Positions 38,433 to 49,639 of a stretch of DNA of 64,000 nucleotides are shown in pieces (positions within the stretch are counted from its first letter, which is position 1; every line of letters starts with the position of its first letter). The translations under genes were made by a program, and so were the position numbers. A model generated the notes under the pieces. It was not told where the DNA came from and did no database searches. It saw nothing but the letters and a program-made list of their open reading frames with translations. Source of the DNA: Centroscyllium fabricii (lineage: Eukaryota); assembly GCA_051313645.2 (NCBI GenBank), contig JBNRSN020000021.1:78058001-78122000 (forward strand). Reading direction: 5' to 3'.

Positions 38433-40282
38433 GTCGTGCATGGCGCTGGACCATTAAACAACTAACGGGAGGAGCAGGCTCCATGAACATCCCCATCCTC
38501 AATGATGGCGGAGCCCAGTACGCGACTGCTAAAGACAAGGCTGAAGTGTTCACAACCCATCTTCAGCTAGAAGTGTGGCGTGGATAACTCCTCACAGAAG
38601 CCAGTCTTTAGCCAATTCAATTCAGTCCACGTGATATCAAGAAACGGCTGAGCACACTGGATACAGCAAAGGCTATGGGCCCCAACAACATCCCAGCTGT
38701 AGTGCTGAAGACTTGTGCTCCAGAACTAGCTGTGCCTCTAGCCTAGCTGTTCCAGTACAGCTACCAGCTACAATACTGGCTACCCGACAAAGTGGAAAAC
38801 TGCCCAGGTATGTCCTGTCCACAAAAAGCAGCACAAATCTAACCTGGTCAATTACCACCTCATCAGCAAGGTGATGGAAGGTGTCATCAACAGTGCTATC
38901 ATGCAGCACTTACACTCCAATAATTTGCTCACCGATGCTCAGTTTGGGTTCCCCAAGGACCACTCGGCTCCAGATCTCATTAGAGCCTTCGTCCTATCAT
39001 GGACGAAAGAGCTGAATTCCAGAGGTGAGGTGAGAGTGACTGCACTTAACGGCACGGTGGCACAGTGGTTAGCATTGTTGTCTCACAGCACTGGAGACCC
39101 GGGTTCAAATCCAGCCTCAGCTACTATCTGTGTGGAGCTTGCACATTCTCCCCGTGTCTGTGTGGGTTTCCTCCGGGTGCTCCGGTTTCCTCCCACAGTC
39201 TAAAGATGTGCGGGTTAGGTTGATTGGCCATGATAAATTGACCCTTAGTGTTAGGGGGATTGAATATGTGGGGCTACGGGGATAGGGTGGGATATATGTC
39301 GATGCAGGCTCGATGGGGATCGAGGGATATGGGGAGAGGGCAGGGGCGGGGTACTGGGTTTGGATGATCAGCCATGATCTCATTGAATGGCGGAGCAGGC
39401 TCGAAGGGCCGAATGGCCTACTCCTGCTCCTAGTTTCTATGTTTCTATGTAACATCAAGGCAGCATTTTGACTCTGTGTGGCCTAGTGAAATTGAAGTCA
39501 ATGGGAATCAGTGGAAAACTCTTCACTGGCTGGAGTCATACCTAGCACAAAGTAAGATGGTTGTGGTTGTTGAAGGCCAATCATCTCAGCCTCAGGACTT
39601 CACTGCAGAATCCCCATCATCAGCATTCTAGGGATCACCATTCATCAGAGTCTTAACTGGACCAGCCACATTAATACTGTAGCTACAAGAGCAGGTCAGA
39701 GGCTAGTATTCTGCAGTGAGTGACTCACCTCCTGACTCTCCAAAACCTTTCCACCACCTACAAGGCACAAGTCAGGAGTGTGATGGAATACTCTCCACTT
39801 GCCTGGATGAGTGCAGCTCCAACTCCAATGCTCAAGAAGCATGGCACCATCCAGGGCAAAGCAGCCCGCTTGATCAGCACCCCATCCACCACCTTAAAGA
39901 TTCATTCCCTCCCCCACTGGCGCACCATGGCTGCAGTGTATACCATCTACAAAATGTACTGAAGCAACATGCTAAGGCTTCTTCGACAGCACCTCCCAAA
40001 CCCGCGCACTCTACCACATAGAAGGACAAGAGCAGCAGGCACATGGAAACACCACCACCTTCAAGGTCCCCACCAAATCACAGACCATCCGGCCTTTGAA
40101 ATATATTGCCGTTCCTTCATCATCGCTGGGTCAAAATCCTGGAACTCCCTATCTAGCAGCACTGTAGGAGAACCTTCACCACACAGACTGCAGCAGTTCA
40201 AGGTGGCGACTCACCACCACCTTCTCAAGGGCAATTAGGGATGGGCAATAAATGCTGCCCACATCCCATGAGTGAATAAAAG
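38433..40282 (+). mobile_element. Degenerate CR1-group LINE of a second family, interrupted by HE1
   Basis: KAMGPNNIP, LTDAQFGF, YKAQVRSVMEYSPLAW. Tail GGGATGGGCAATAAATGC...TGAATAAA. Confidence 0.8.
39051..39450 (+). mobile_element. HE1-like V-SINE, full length
   Basis: A box TGGCACAGTGG, B box GGTTCAAATCC, V domain, (TTTCTATG)2 tail. Confidence 0.92.
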
Positions 40283-41418
40283 AAAAATTCCAGTCACAAT
40301 GTTGGAAGGAAGGGCCCGGGGCAGGGAAGGCGTAAACTTTCCTTATGGGACTTGAAGATGCATTCCTGCTCCCTCCTGACCCCACAGGGAGAGTAAAATA
40401 TATACTATACATATATATAATAAACAGACTTATCTGTTTGGCCCCCTCTGACCCGACTCCTCTTCCTGCTAAATGGACCTGGCAGGAAAGCCACAACCAT
40501 TTCCCTGCTCAGGACCCCAGTTAAAGGAGCAGTGGAGCCCCGATTTCATCATCGGAGGCCAATCGGCAGAACCATTGGATGTCCATCTTGTATGCTCAGA
40601 AGAACAGGTTAAAATCACATCCTGAGGGATCATTGGGGGACATCGGTGGGTGAGTTCCATGGGCGATTTTTAATCGCCTGCCCAACTGGTTTCTGCCAAG
40701 TGGGCAGGATTAAAATTGCCGATACAGACTCTGCTTTTTGTATTGTAGAAAATGTCCAAACAAAAATTTGGTTTAATTTTACGATTTCCCCCAAAGTGTT
40801 CATGATTTTTCAACTGGCCAAGTCAGATACAGTGATCTTTGGTGAAGTCGGAGATTGTCAATATGGAGATGAGAGAACTTTTCCATTCAGAAATAGGGAA
40901 ATCAGTCAGTGTAAAATAAAAGTCAATGCAATGCCTTAAACTAAGCAGACTGCAACACTGGATGTTTATGGCTCCTCTGCAGAGAGGGTATGGATCGATA
41001 ATTATCTTTAGTTTCTTTATGGTAAGTGAAAAACTTTTCAAAAACAAACTAAAATTAAATTGCAGCATGTCGCTGCAATTTCAGAAGGAGGTTGTGTTGT
41101 AGTGGATTATTATTTTGTTGTGACAGTAAGTTATTTATTGCTCCAGCCCAAGGTCACAAGATTGTGACGGGTCTGTTAGCTGAGTTTCTGTCAGTGATTG
41201 GATTCCCATTCTGAGCAACACTTCTTTTGTGAGATAATAGTCAGTCTGCCAAAAATAAACTAAAGGCGCAAAGTGAGCCTGTTGCCGCTGCTGGATGAGA
41301 TGTGCTGCTGTCTTCCCAGCAGTGTACCTGATTTATCCTAGCCCAGAAATTCCTGGCAGTGGGATGGCACGCCTGCCCAATAACTCGCCCCAGCACTGAC
41401 CCTGCTCGAATCCTGGGA

Positions 41419-43174
41419 TGTAAGGAGCGTGCGCCGTATATTTTACTGTACGACTTGGGGTCCGTTACTGCCTTGCGCTAGCAGTCCGCTAGGCCTCGCG
41501 CAATAACCTCCTCCCCCGCGAGCGGTTCGAATCGCTCACTCTTTACGGTTCTAGACGCTGGACTTAGGTGCAGGAAGAGAGAGAGAGAGAGAGAGATGGA
41601 TGCCGATTGGACTCAGACTATTGACTCGAATAAAAGTTTGTAAAGTTGGAAGGTTTTTATTACACCAAGAGATATATTTACAGCAGTAAGGATAAAGGTT
41701 TATTACACCAAGAGATATATTTACAGCAGTTAGGTTGTATTTTCTCGGGTCAACACAGTATGGAACACCAACAATTGTTCCCAAATAGATATATATACAT
41801 ATGCACATACACAAACAACTCATAGGATGGGGAACGCACGACACATCGTAAATCGGGGCAATGACTCTAAAATTACACCCCAAACGAACCACCCTTCCCT
41901 CTATTGCCTAGCTATGTCCAGGTGTGTAGGATCAATGCACATGCTCACCACTCGGTAATACTCGGGTTCTGCTACGAAGTCCCTCGTCTCCTCGGCTGCA
42001 GCGTCGGTCGTCACGTGGCTGTGGAAGATTCGGGAGTCCACTTGTTGTTTTCTCCCTTTGGGCGGCGGTCGCTCCTGCTCGGGCTGGTCCCGGACGGGTT
42101 CCTCGAGGCTGCTCTACCTTCTCACACCAGCCGCACCGTCTCCCTGGCTGAACCGGACCCTGGGGTATGCCGATCCTGCCCTCTCAAGCCGAACTGTAAC
42201 GGGCTGCTAGCCTAATTGTTCTCCCACTCTTCGAATGCAACTGCAACCAGCCTTTTCTAACTCACTCACTTTGAATATTTGCTTCGCTAATGGGCCTCAG
42301 CAACTAAACTACCTCACCGGCAATGGTTTTCCGATGCGATACTGCCCTGACCCAACTCTGCTGTCCTGCCAGAGCCTGCACCCTGCTTGCCCTGCACCCA
42401 GAAAACTGAACTGGAGTCTTCGAGAAAGACAGCCCACCCAAAGTCACTGCTAGACCTCACCGCTTCAAGAGGTCGCCTCCACGAGTCGATAGAGAGAAAT
42501 CCAAGAGCCTTCTCCAAGAGCTCACCGATGAGAAGAGATTTTACAAGAGAGTATTACAAGAGATTCAAACCCCCCTCCTCCAGGGAGTCCGAGATGAAGA
42601 GAGAGAGCGAACTGTGAAATGTGCTGCCAGTTATACCCCAAAGTCGAACTGCCTAATGTCTTTCCCATTAGAGCCTGTATTGTGTGTGGAAAGCGGTTAC
42701 TGCACTCCTTTTGTCTAGCCAAGTCTGCCGGTAATAGTTTGATGGTGGCTCTAACTTCTCAGGTTAGAGCCCCTTTGTTTTCAAGGGTGCTAATCGCTTT
42801 CTGCTGGAAGGGTATACAATTTCTGTAGCTGGCTGAACGGACCAGCTGCTTCGTTTCTGCAGTTGTTTTGGGTGATTATTTAAACTGGGTGCATTTCTTT
42901 GTCGGGCTAATCGGCCTCTAAAAGGCAGGCTATTTTTTTCCAGGTTTAACAGCGCCTTTATGTCTGGTTTCTTCGCGGGCTTTTCGAGTTGGGTTTTTGG
43001 TTTCGGTTTGTACTGTGCCATGTGGTCCGGCGGCCATCTTGGAGGCCCCTTTTCTCTGATCAGGCCGCAGCCTGTCTTGTCTGTCATTGTCCAAATAAAA
43101 TAAAATGTGTATACTCCATCCTTCGTTTCTGGTCTTTGTGAATCCAATTTAACAGGGAATATTGCGACCTTACA
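41419..43174 (-). repeat. 3' LTR (1756 bp)
   Basis: Direct repeat of 49640-51395 with one substitution seen (~42936). Preceded on the minus strand by AACAGGAGGGAC. Confidence 0.96.
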
Positions 43175-44012
43175 GTCCCTCCTGTTGATTAGCATAACCC
43201 TGCTTAGCGAATCAATTAAGAAAGGTTGAGCAAGATTCCCGATTCTCCACACCTCAACTCTCCTGGTTACCTAAATTAACTCTTGCCCCATGACACATGC
43301 GGTTCCCATTCCCTTTAATCAACCTCGCATTGCCTTTACCCTGGGCAATCGTATATTTACACCACCATGTCTTACACCTCCTGGTTCCTTCCACGTCTGC
43401 CAGGCCGATGCCTTCGTCTCCACCTGTTCACATCATTTATTAACTTGAAAGACATCACACAACCATCCGGAACATATAAACACACACATTTCCCTTCACC
43501 AATCCCCCCATTTGTCCCCAAAGTTTGTACAGTGTTCTGGCGGTCTTCTGCAGCCACCACCATCGGCTCGCTGGGATCTTCCTATCCCTCAACGGAAGTG
43601 AGACCTTTTACCGATGATAGCGCCGGTCCTGGGTGCGATGGTCTTGATCCGGGGCACATAAAACCAAGTCTCTCCACAAGCAGATTTCCGACGTGCTGGG
43701 ATGCTCCATTGGGTCCGTTCCCAGCCGTCCGTACTCCCCGGTGTGGCCCCGGCAGGCCAGTCCATCTTTGATGCCCGCACACGTCATCAGAATCCCCGCC
43801 TCTCTGGGTCCTGTAATTAAACAAAGGGGTTGCCGGCCTCCCAAGAGCGCCTGGCTGTGGTGAGATGTGCACGCCTCCTGGACAGATCCCATATTACCTA
43901 AACACTCCCCTTTACCTTTAACAAAATTGAAACTTAATTCGGGCTACTCCCTTGACACTAAAACTTATTTTTTTTTCATTATATACAGTGCCGCCTCTCC
44001 CGGGCGGCCTAC

Positions 44013-47000
44013 CTATCCCCTGTCAGGGTCGTAGTGGGCCGCTCCCCGTGGCGGTGCCTTGCTGACCCTTCCCTTTGGTTCCCCGCAGCCTGTCGCTGCT
44101 TTTAATTCTCCGCAGCCTGGTGCTGCTTGTCGGGGGTGGATAATTATCCTTTTGCGGGGGCTTTTCCTGTTCCTGAGGGCATATGACGGTTCTGGCCAAG
44201 CTTTCCTGGGCTGGGGTATCCTATCTGATCGACGGAGGGTGCCTTTAGGTACTGCCCCCTGGGCCGACGAACTGAGGACCGAGCCAGGTTGTGCTGCAGC
44301 CTGTGACCCCGTCACATCTGCCAGCACCAACCCCTCTCCCTCCAGCTTCGCCTCCCTGGGACCGAGAGCCCCCTGGGTCGACGACCTGAGGACCGGGCCA
44401 GGTCGTGCTACAGCCTGTGACCCCGTCACATCTGTCAGCCTCGACGCTCCCTCCTCTCGCCTCGTCGACGAACTGAAGGCCGGGCCGGATCGTGCTGCAG
44501 CCTGTGACTCCTTCACAGCTGCCAGCACCGACCCTCCCTCCTTCAGCTTCGCTTCCCCGGGACTGGGATCTCTTGCGGCTTCTGACCTCACCTCACCTAT
44601 CTCCTCAGGTGGTGAGTCTCCGCCCGCTATCCCTACCTCGTCGGCATTCGAGTCGAGAACGGAACCCCCGTCCTCCGACCCCTCCTCCTCCCCTGTGATT
44701 GACTCTAGCACTGGGTCGCATAGGTCAATCAGGTCCAACCCTTGGTCGGGTTGGCCACTCGGATCCAACACTTGGTCGTGTTGGTCCGTCGGATCCAACA
44801 CTTGGTCGTGTTGGTCCGGCTCCTCCCCATCTGAATCCCACACAGCACGAGAGACCCTCCTCTCCTCCATCGGGGCCTCTCCTTTCACGCAGGCTACTTT
44901 GCCTGCCTGCGCGACCTGTGGTCCTGCATTTGGCTGGGCGTTCCCACTCACAGGGCTTGCCCCTGTGGTCGACCCCTGCGTGCCCGACTTATACATTTTA
45001 CATTGGTTTATATCCACCCGTTGCCACGTAACCTCTGGCCCGGGGTGCCCTGCTCCTGGACCCTCGTGGGCCAATTGGAGAAATTCCCTCCTGTGCTGCT
45101 GCGGCACAACCCACTGTTCCTCCCTGAACAACATTCCTTCCTTAACGGAGAGGGTCGCCCTATTGTATGGGCCCTCTACCTGCTTGTCCTCACTAATAGC
45201 TTTGAGGACAGCTTTTAAAACGGGATCCTGGTTTTGGACCGTTTTGAGATCCAAAGGCAAGGGAACCCTGGGGAGGTTCCCCTCCTTGTCCCGGATCGCT
45301 GCCACAGGTCCGGACCCGTAGGGGTCCCAGAAAGTGCCTTCACGAGCACCCTCCTTGGCCAGCGCATCCGCCCGCTGATTGCCTCCCCCACGTGGTTCCG
45401 TGGAAGAGTGAGCCTTCACCTTGTGGATGAAGATCTCCCCTTCTTCCCCTACTGCTGCTAGGATCTTCTCCAACAAGGGCTTTACCGTTAATGGCCGCCC
45501 GTCCGCGGAAGCGTACCCGCGACGTGACCATATGGCCAGATACTCCGTGCACGAGTTGCACGTAAACATACTATCGGAGCAAATTGTGTACGGGGTTGGG
45601 AAGGTCTCGGGGTGGGTTACCACGTACGCCACCGCCGACAGCTCGGCCTGCTGCGCGCTCATGGTGCGGGGAAGCTTAACCGCCAAGGCAATGTCTGCCG
45701 TAGGGTCAAAAATCCCGCAGCCCGTGAGTCGTTCGCCAGCCACCACCGTGCTGGAACCATCAACATAGATCTCGCGGCCCGTGGGATGTATCCCGGCTCG
45801 CAGACCTATGTTCACCTCCCATACCCCCTCCACGGAACACCGATGGGCCGTTCCGGGGTACATCAAATTTGCTGCGAGCTTAGGCTCGCACAAACCCTCC
45901 ACTTTTAAATCCATTTGGGACAACAGAAGAGTCCAGCGCGCAATTCTCGCGCTGCTCACGGTCCCATCCTTTATCCTCCCATCCAGAAGCATCCTGGTGG
46001 GCGTGTGGTGGGTGAGGAGAGTAATGGGAGAGGTTCCCGTGAAGATTAATGATCTCTTCACGGCCCAATGCGTGGCTAAGAGATGCCGTTCGCAGTTGGA
46101 GAACCCCCTCTCTACCTCCGTGAGTACCCTTGAGGAATACACCACCGGTCGCAGCTTGCCGTGCCGCTCTTGGAGCAGCACCGCGCTCAAGCTGTCCTCG
46201 CCGGCTGCTACCTCCAGGGAAAACTCCTTCCCCCCCTCTATGGCCCCCAGGGCTGGCGCGGTTTGCAAATCCCTCTTTAACTTCTCAAACGCCGCCTGGC
46301 AGCCCTCATCCCATGACCACCCAACTCCTTTATGTAAGAGTCGGAGCAGCGGAGCTGCTGTGGCTGCATAGTCCTCAATGAAGTCTCTGCAATAGCCGGT
46401 CAATCCCAAAAAGGACCTCACACCCTTTACGGTGGTCGGGATCGGTAGCTCCTGTACCGACTCCCTTCTGGCCTTATCTATGGCCCTTTCCCCCGCGCGG
46501 ATGGTCAGACCCAGAAACTTTACTTCTGTCTGGCCAATCCGTGCCTTCTTCGGGTTTATTTTAAAACCCTTCCTAGCCAGTAATTCCAGCAGCTCGCCTA
46601 GCAATGGCAAGTGCTCATCCCTCGTGTCCGTAAACAGGAGTAAGTCGTCCACATACTGCACTATCTGACTGGGCTGACTAAACTCCTTTAAACTCCCTGC
46701 CATGCACTGGTGGAAAATACTGGGGCTGTTGTGGAAGCCTTGCGGCAAACAATTCCACGTGTACTGCTGCCCTTTAAACGTAAAGGCAAACTTGTACTGA
46801 TCCTCCCTCCGCAGCGGGATGGACCAAAACCCGTTGGAAATATCCAACACCGTAAACACCGTGGCGGAAGCGGGAATACTCCCGATCAGGTCGGCAACTG
46901 CTGCCACCGTGGGTGCGCAGGCAGGGATGTTACTGTTGAGGACCCGATAATCCACCGTGGCTCTCCATGAGTTGTCTGGCTTCCGTACGGGCCACAACGG

Positions 47001-47720
47001 AGAGTTCACATGGGTGGCTATCGGCCTCAACACGCCCTGCCGCACCAGTGAAGACATCGCTGTCTCCAGATCGGACTCCGCTTCCTTGGGGAAGTTATAC
47101 TGTTTCTGGGGCCGGGACATGGGATCCCCCTGTACGCTAACCTCAAACCCTAAGACCCTCCCGCAATCGTGCTTGTGGGTCGCAAAGGCGTTTATATTCC
47201 ACGTTACGGCCGCCTGCATGTCGGCCGGAACCCCTTTGGACAAACTATCGAGGTCGTAACCTCCGGACGGCTTCATGGTGCATAGGGTCCCCTTTTCTTC
47301 TTCCTCCCCTATGACCACAACTTCACCTCTTCCACTTTCGGCTGCCCATAAACAGTGGTTCCTTAGGTCGATCATGATCCCGTGTGCTCCCAGAAAATCT
47401 GCTCCTACTATACCTCTGCCACCTCCCTCTTCCCATTTCAGTAGGATGCACTCCCAAGTGGTGTGGAGCGCTCCTAACTGAATGGAGAGTGGCCTAGAGC
47501 GCGCGCCCCCCTGTTCCTTGCCCGTAAACCCTGCTAATGCAAAAGGGACTCTGGTGGACATTGGGGAATTAAACGGCTTCTCTGTATGGATCACGGTGCA
47601 TGAGGCCCCCGTATCCAACAGATAATTCCCCTCCTGTCTCTCCACCTCCATTTCCACCAGAGGTCTCCTCCATGCATCATAGCGGAGCGGACACAGGTAA
47701 ATGGGCAGCGCGGGTCTTAG
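44013..47720 (-). CDS. pol: Pol (PR-RT-tether-RNase H-truncated IN plus acidic tail), in frame with gag after a single TGA
   Basis: YLLDTGAS; LPQGFHNSP; QYVDDLL; degenerate RH (LEVAAG in place of DAS); IYVDGS...QQAEL...CSDS...HKVKAH...NQRADALAK; AHEGPGAGHPG. No DDE core follows. Confidence 0.9.
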   Translation of the reverse strand, partial: LRPALPIYLCPLRYDAWRRPLVEMEVERQEGNYLLDTGASCTVIHTEKPFNSPMSTRVPFALAGFTGKEQGGARSRPLSIQLGALHTTWECILLKWEEGGGRGIVGADFLGAHGIMIDLRNHCLWAAESGRGEVVVIGEEEEKGTLCTMKPSGGYDLDSLSKGVPADMQAAVTWNINAFATHKHDCGRVLGFEVSVQGDPMSRPQKQYNFPKEAESDLETAMSSLVRQGVLRPIATHVNSPLWPVRKPDNSWRATVDYRVLNSNIPACAPTVAAVADLIGSIPASATVFTVLDISNGFWSIPLRREDQYKFAFTFKGQQYTWNCLPQGFHNSPSIFHQCMAGSLKEFSQPSQIVQYVDDLLLFTDTRDEHLPLLGELLELLARKGFKINPKKARIGQTEVKFLGLTIRAGERAIDKARRESVQELPIPTTVKGVRSFLGLTGYCRDFIEDYAATAAPLLRLLHKGVGWSWDEGCQAAFEKLKRDLQTAPALGAIEGGKEFSLEVAAGEDSLSAVLLQERHGKLRPVVYSSRVLTEVERGFSNCERHLLATHWAVKRSLIFTGTSPITLLTHHTPTRMLLDGRIKDGTVSSARIARWTLLLSQMDLKVEGLCEPKLAANLMYPGTAHRCSVEGVWEVNIGLRAGIHPTGREIYVDGSSTVVAGERLTGCGIFDPTADIALAVKLPRTMSAQQAELSAVAYVVTHPETFPTPYTICSDSMFTCNSCTEYLAIWSRRGYASADGRPLTVKPLLEKILAAVGEEGEIFIHKVKAHSSTEPRGGGNQRADALAKEGAREGTFWDPYGSGPVAAIRDKEGNLPRVPLPLDLKTVQNQDPVLKAVLKAISEDKQVEGPYNRATLSVKEGMLFREEQWVVPQQHRREFLQLAHEGPGAGHPGPEVTWQRVDINQCKMYKSGTQGSTTGASPVSGNAQPNAGPQVAQAGKVACVKGEAPMEERRVSRAVWDSDGEEPDQHDQVLDPTDQHDQVLDPSGQPDQGLDLIDLCDPVLESITGEEEGSEDGGSVLDSNADEVGIAGGDSPPEEIGEVRSEAARDPSPGEAKLKEGGSVLAAVKESQAAARSGPAFSSSTRREEGASRLTDVTGSQAVARPGPVLRSSTQGALGPREAKLEGEGLVLADVTGSQAAAQPGSVLSSSAQGAVPKGTLRRSDRIPQPRKAWPEPSYALRNRKSPRKRIIIHPRQAAPGCGELKAATGCGEPKGRVSKAPPRGAAHYDPDRG

Positions 47721-49637
47721 TCATTGGGTTTCCACGTGAGGGGCTGCGGTGCCTGCGGAACCGGTGGCCACCGCTGCCTTCCCCTGGGAAGCCATATACA
47801 ACTTCATGGCCCCCAGCGTGGACTCAATCGTCTCGGGACTTAAGGTCGCCCCGGCACCTCCTGTGGGAGCGGGTGCTCGGGTTGGGGCTACCTTCCCCTG
47901 GGAAGTCATATAAAACTTCATGGCTTCCAGCATGGACTCAATTGTTTCGGGACTTAGAGTGGCGCCGGCACCTCCTGTGGGAGTGGGTGCTGGGGCTGCG
48001 GGAGCTCTTTCCTTGACCTCCCTCCACGGGGCTCTACAGTCTCTGCGCCAGTGGCCTGCCTTCCCGCATCTATGACATGTAGACTGCTCCGGGTTGCCCC
48101 CCTCCTGATACCACTCTCTCTGCGCTGGGGCGTTTGCGTTAGTCGCATACACCTTCCCCTTTTCGCAGTGCATCACCGAACTCCTTGTATTTTTATACCC
48201 AACCGTGAGTCGGTTGAGGACCGTCTCCTCTGTGGTTAGAGCATCGGTGGGGTCAAACCACACCTTCGCCTGCTCTCTAACGGCGGGTAGGCTGTTGGCA
48301 ACGATACACCGGAGCCACTGGGCTCTCCCGGCATCGCGCAAAACAGCCCGTGCAGGTACATCTGGGCAGCTGCGCTGATACACAGGCCACAGCCTCCCGG
48401 CGAAAACCCGTGGGGGTTCTCCCTCCATCTGCACGGTCCTACCCAGCCTTACAAACGGACCTTCATCGTCCATCCCTAATATTTCTAGGACCTCGTCCCG
48501 CAGGTCGTTATAACAATTCTCCCCCCTTTTGCTCTCGTCGGAGAGACACTGAAGGATAGAGCTATCCAACGAGAAAAGCAACATCCTGGCTTGCTCCCCT
48601 TCGTCACAGCCGTTAATTGCTGCGGCCTGTTCGACCTCCCTAAAATGCAGGGACGGATCGCCTGCTGCGGACAGCTTCCTGAAATGCCCTATCATGCTCC
48701 TTATCTGTTGCGAGCTATGGGGCACTATAACCTCATTCAGGATGGGCCCGGGATCCCCAGCCGCAGTGTCGGGACCCCGCCTCGTCTCTCGAACCGGACA
48801 CATGGGTGCCGGGTCTGGATTCCCCACTTTGGGAACCTTTGCCGCCACCTCCTCTCTGTCCCCTTTCTCCCATGCTTGCGTATAGTGGGGTGATCGTGCG
48901 GGGAGCGCGGGGGCTGGTGCCTCCGGCGCCCTCCTCCTTAACTTTGGCTTCGGGGGTTCCTGAGCTACCTTTACCTCACCCACCGATGGGTCGATGAGGC
49001 ACACCAGACCATTTGACTTGTTCAGGGCCTCCCTGAGGTCCTGAATCTCCTTTAAACAGGCGCTATGATCGGCGTCCTCATATTTGGCCTCGAGGGACAT
49101 TTTGTAAGCTGCCCTCATCCCCAGTAAATCCTCCTCCTGTGCCTTCAATTGGCCACTTAGGCGGACGCACCTTTCCCTGAGCTTCCCTTCACTTGACATG
49201 GCCTCTACGACTTGTCTCTCTAGGAGCTCAACCCTAGCTTCATGGCGGTTGGTCTTCACCTGGCGCTCATTATTTAGAGCCTCTAGCGCGGTGATTAACC
49301 GCTGCCCCCCTGAGACCTTTTCCTCCACTTCTAGGACCAACCCTTTTATCTGCGCGGTCTGCGCCGCAATCACCTGGTCCGAAAGCTGGACCTGTCTTTT
49401 ATAACACATAAGCCATACGGCTTTCTCTACGGCCTTTTTATGCCCCTTGCTACCCGTCCAACGGATAGCTGCATCCAGTGGGCGTTTGTCTGCCAACAGG
49501 TCCCCAATCCACTGCTTTGTTAAATTAACTTTGCTGAATACATAATCAGCAATCCTTTCCTCCATTACGCTTCTTTTATTCAAAGCTGAGTCCAATAGAT
49601 CTCTCTCCTGCTGCCAGCGTCCTGCCGCGGTCGCCAT
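47721..49637 (-). CDS. gag: Gag, 638 aa
   Basis: Intact ORF with coiled-coil-like N-terminal half, Pro-rich linker, CHRCGKAGHWRRDC zinc knuckle and a duplicated ~39-aa C-terminal segment. Confidence 0.9.
   Translation of the reverse strand: MATAAGRWQQERDLLDSALNKRSVMEERIADYVFSKVNLTKQWIGDLLADKRPLDAAIRWTGSKGHKKAVEKAVWLMCYKRQVQLSDQVIAAQTAQIKGLVLEVEEKVSGGQRLITALEALNNERQVKTNRHEARVELLERQVVEAMSSEGKLRERCVRLSGQLKAQEEDLLGMRAAYKMSLEAKYEDADHSACLKEIQDLREALNKSNGLVCLIDPSVGEVKVAQEPPKPKLRRRAPEAPAPALPARSPHYTQAWEKGDREEVAAKVPKVGNPDPAPMCPVRETRRGPDTAAGDPGPILNEVIVPHSSQQIRSMIGHFRKLSAAGDPSLHFREVEQAAAINGCDEGEQARMLLFSLDSSILQCLSDESKRGENCYNDLRDEVLEILGMDDEGPFVRLGRTVQMEGEPPRVFAGRLWPVYQRSCPDVPARAVLRDAGRAQWLRCIVANSLPAVREQAKVWFDPTDALTTEETVLNRLTVGYKNTRSSVMHCEKGKVYATNANAPAQREWYQEGGNPEQSTCHRCGKAGHWRRDCRAPWREVKERAPAAPAPTPTGGAGATLSPETIESMLEAMKFYMTSQGKVAPTRAPAPTGGAGATLSPETIESTLGAMKLYMASQGKAAVATGSAGTAAPHVETQ
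49619..49636 (-). promoter_or_regulatory. Primer-binding site for tRNA-Arg(TCG)
   Basis: TGGCGACCGCGGCAGGAC is complementary to GTCCTGCCGCGGTCG-CCA, which I recall as the 3' 18 nt of vertebrate tRNA-Arg(TCG). Confidence 0.85.
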
Positions 49638-49639
49638 TC

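Noticed and set aside
41901-42215. ORFs within the LTR (plus 103 aa; minus 77 aa in the solo LTR)
   Set aside because: TTG/GTG starts. The minus frame has a stop in the proviral LTRs, and solo-versus-provirus differences are largely non-synonymous.
42764-43252. Possible accessory ORF running into U3
   Set aside because: Non-ATG start, and the solo LTR has a stop in this frame at 17067.
43175-44012. env or env remnant after a possible splice acceptor (~43812, minus)
   Set aside because: Only ORFs under 100 aa, with no signal peptide, fusion peptide or transmembrane segment recognisable.
44059-45321. 420-aa antisense ORF opposite the pol tail
   Set aside because: Non-ATG start, no motifs, and it mirrors the codon register of a GC-rich repetitive ORF, so it is most likely a shadow ORF.
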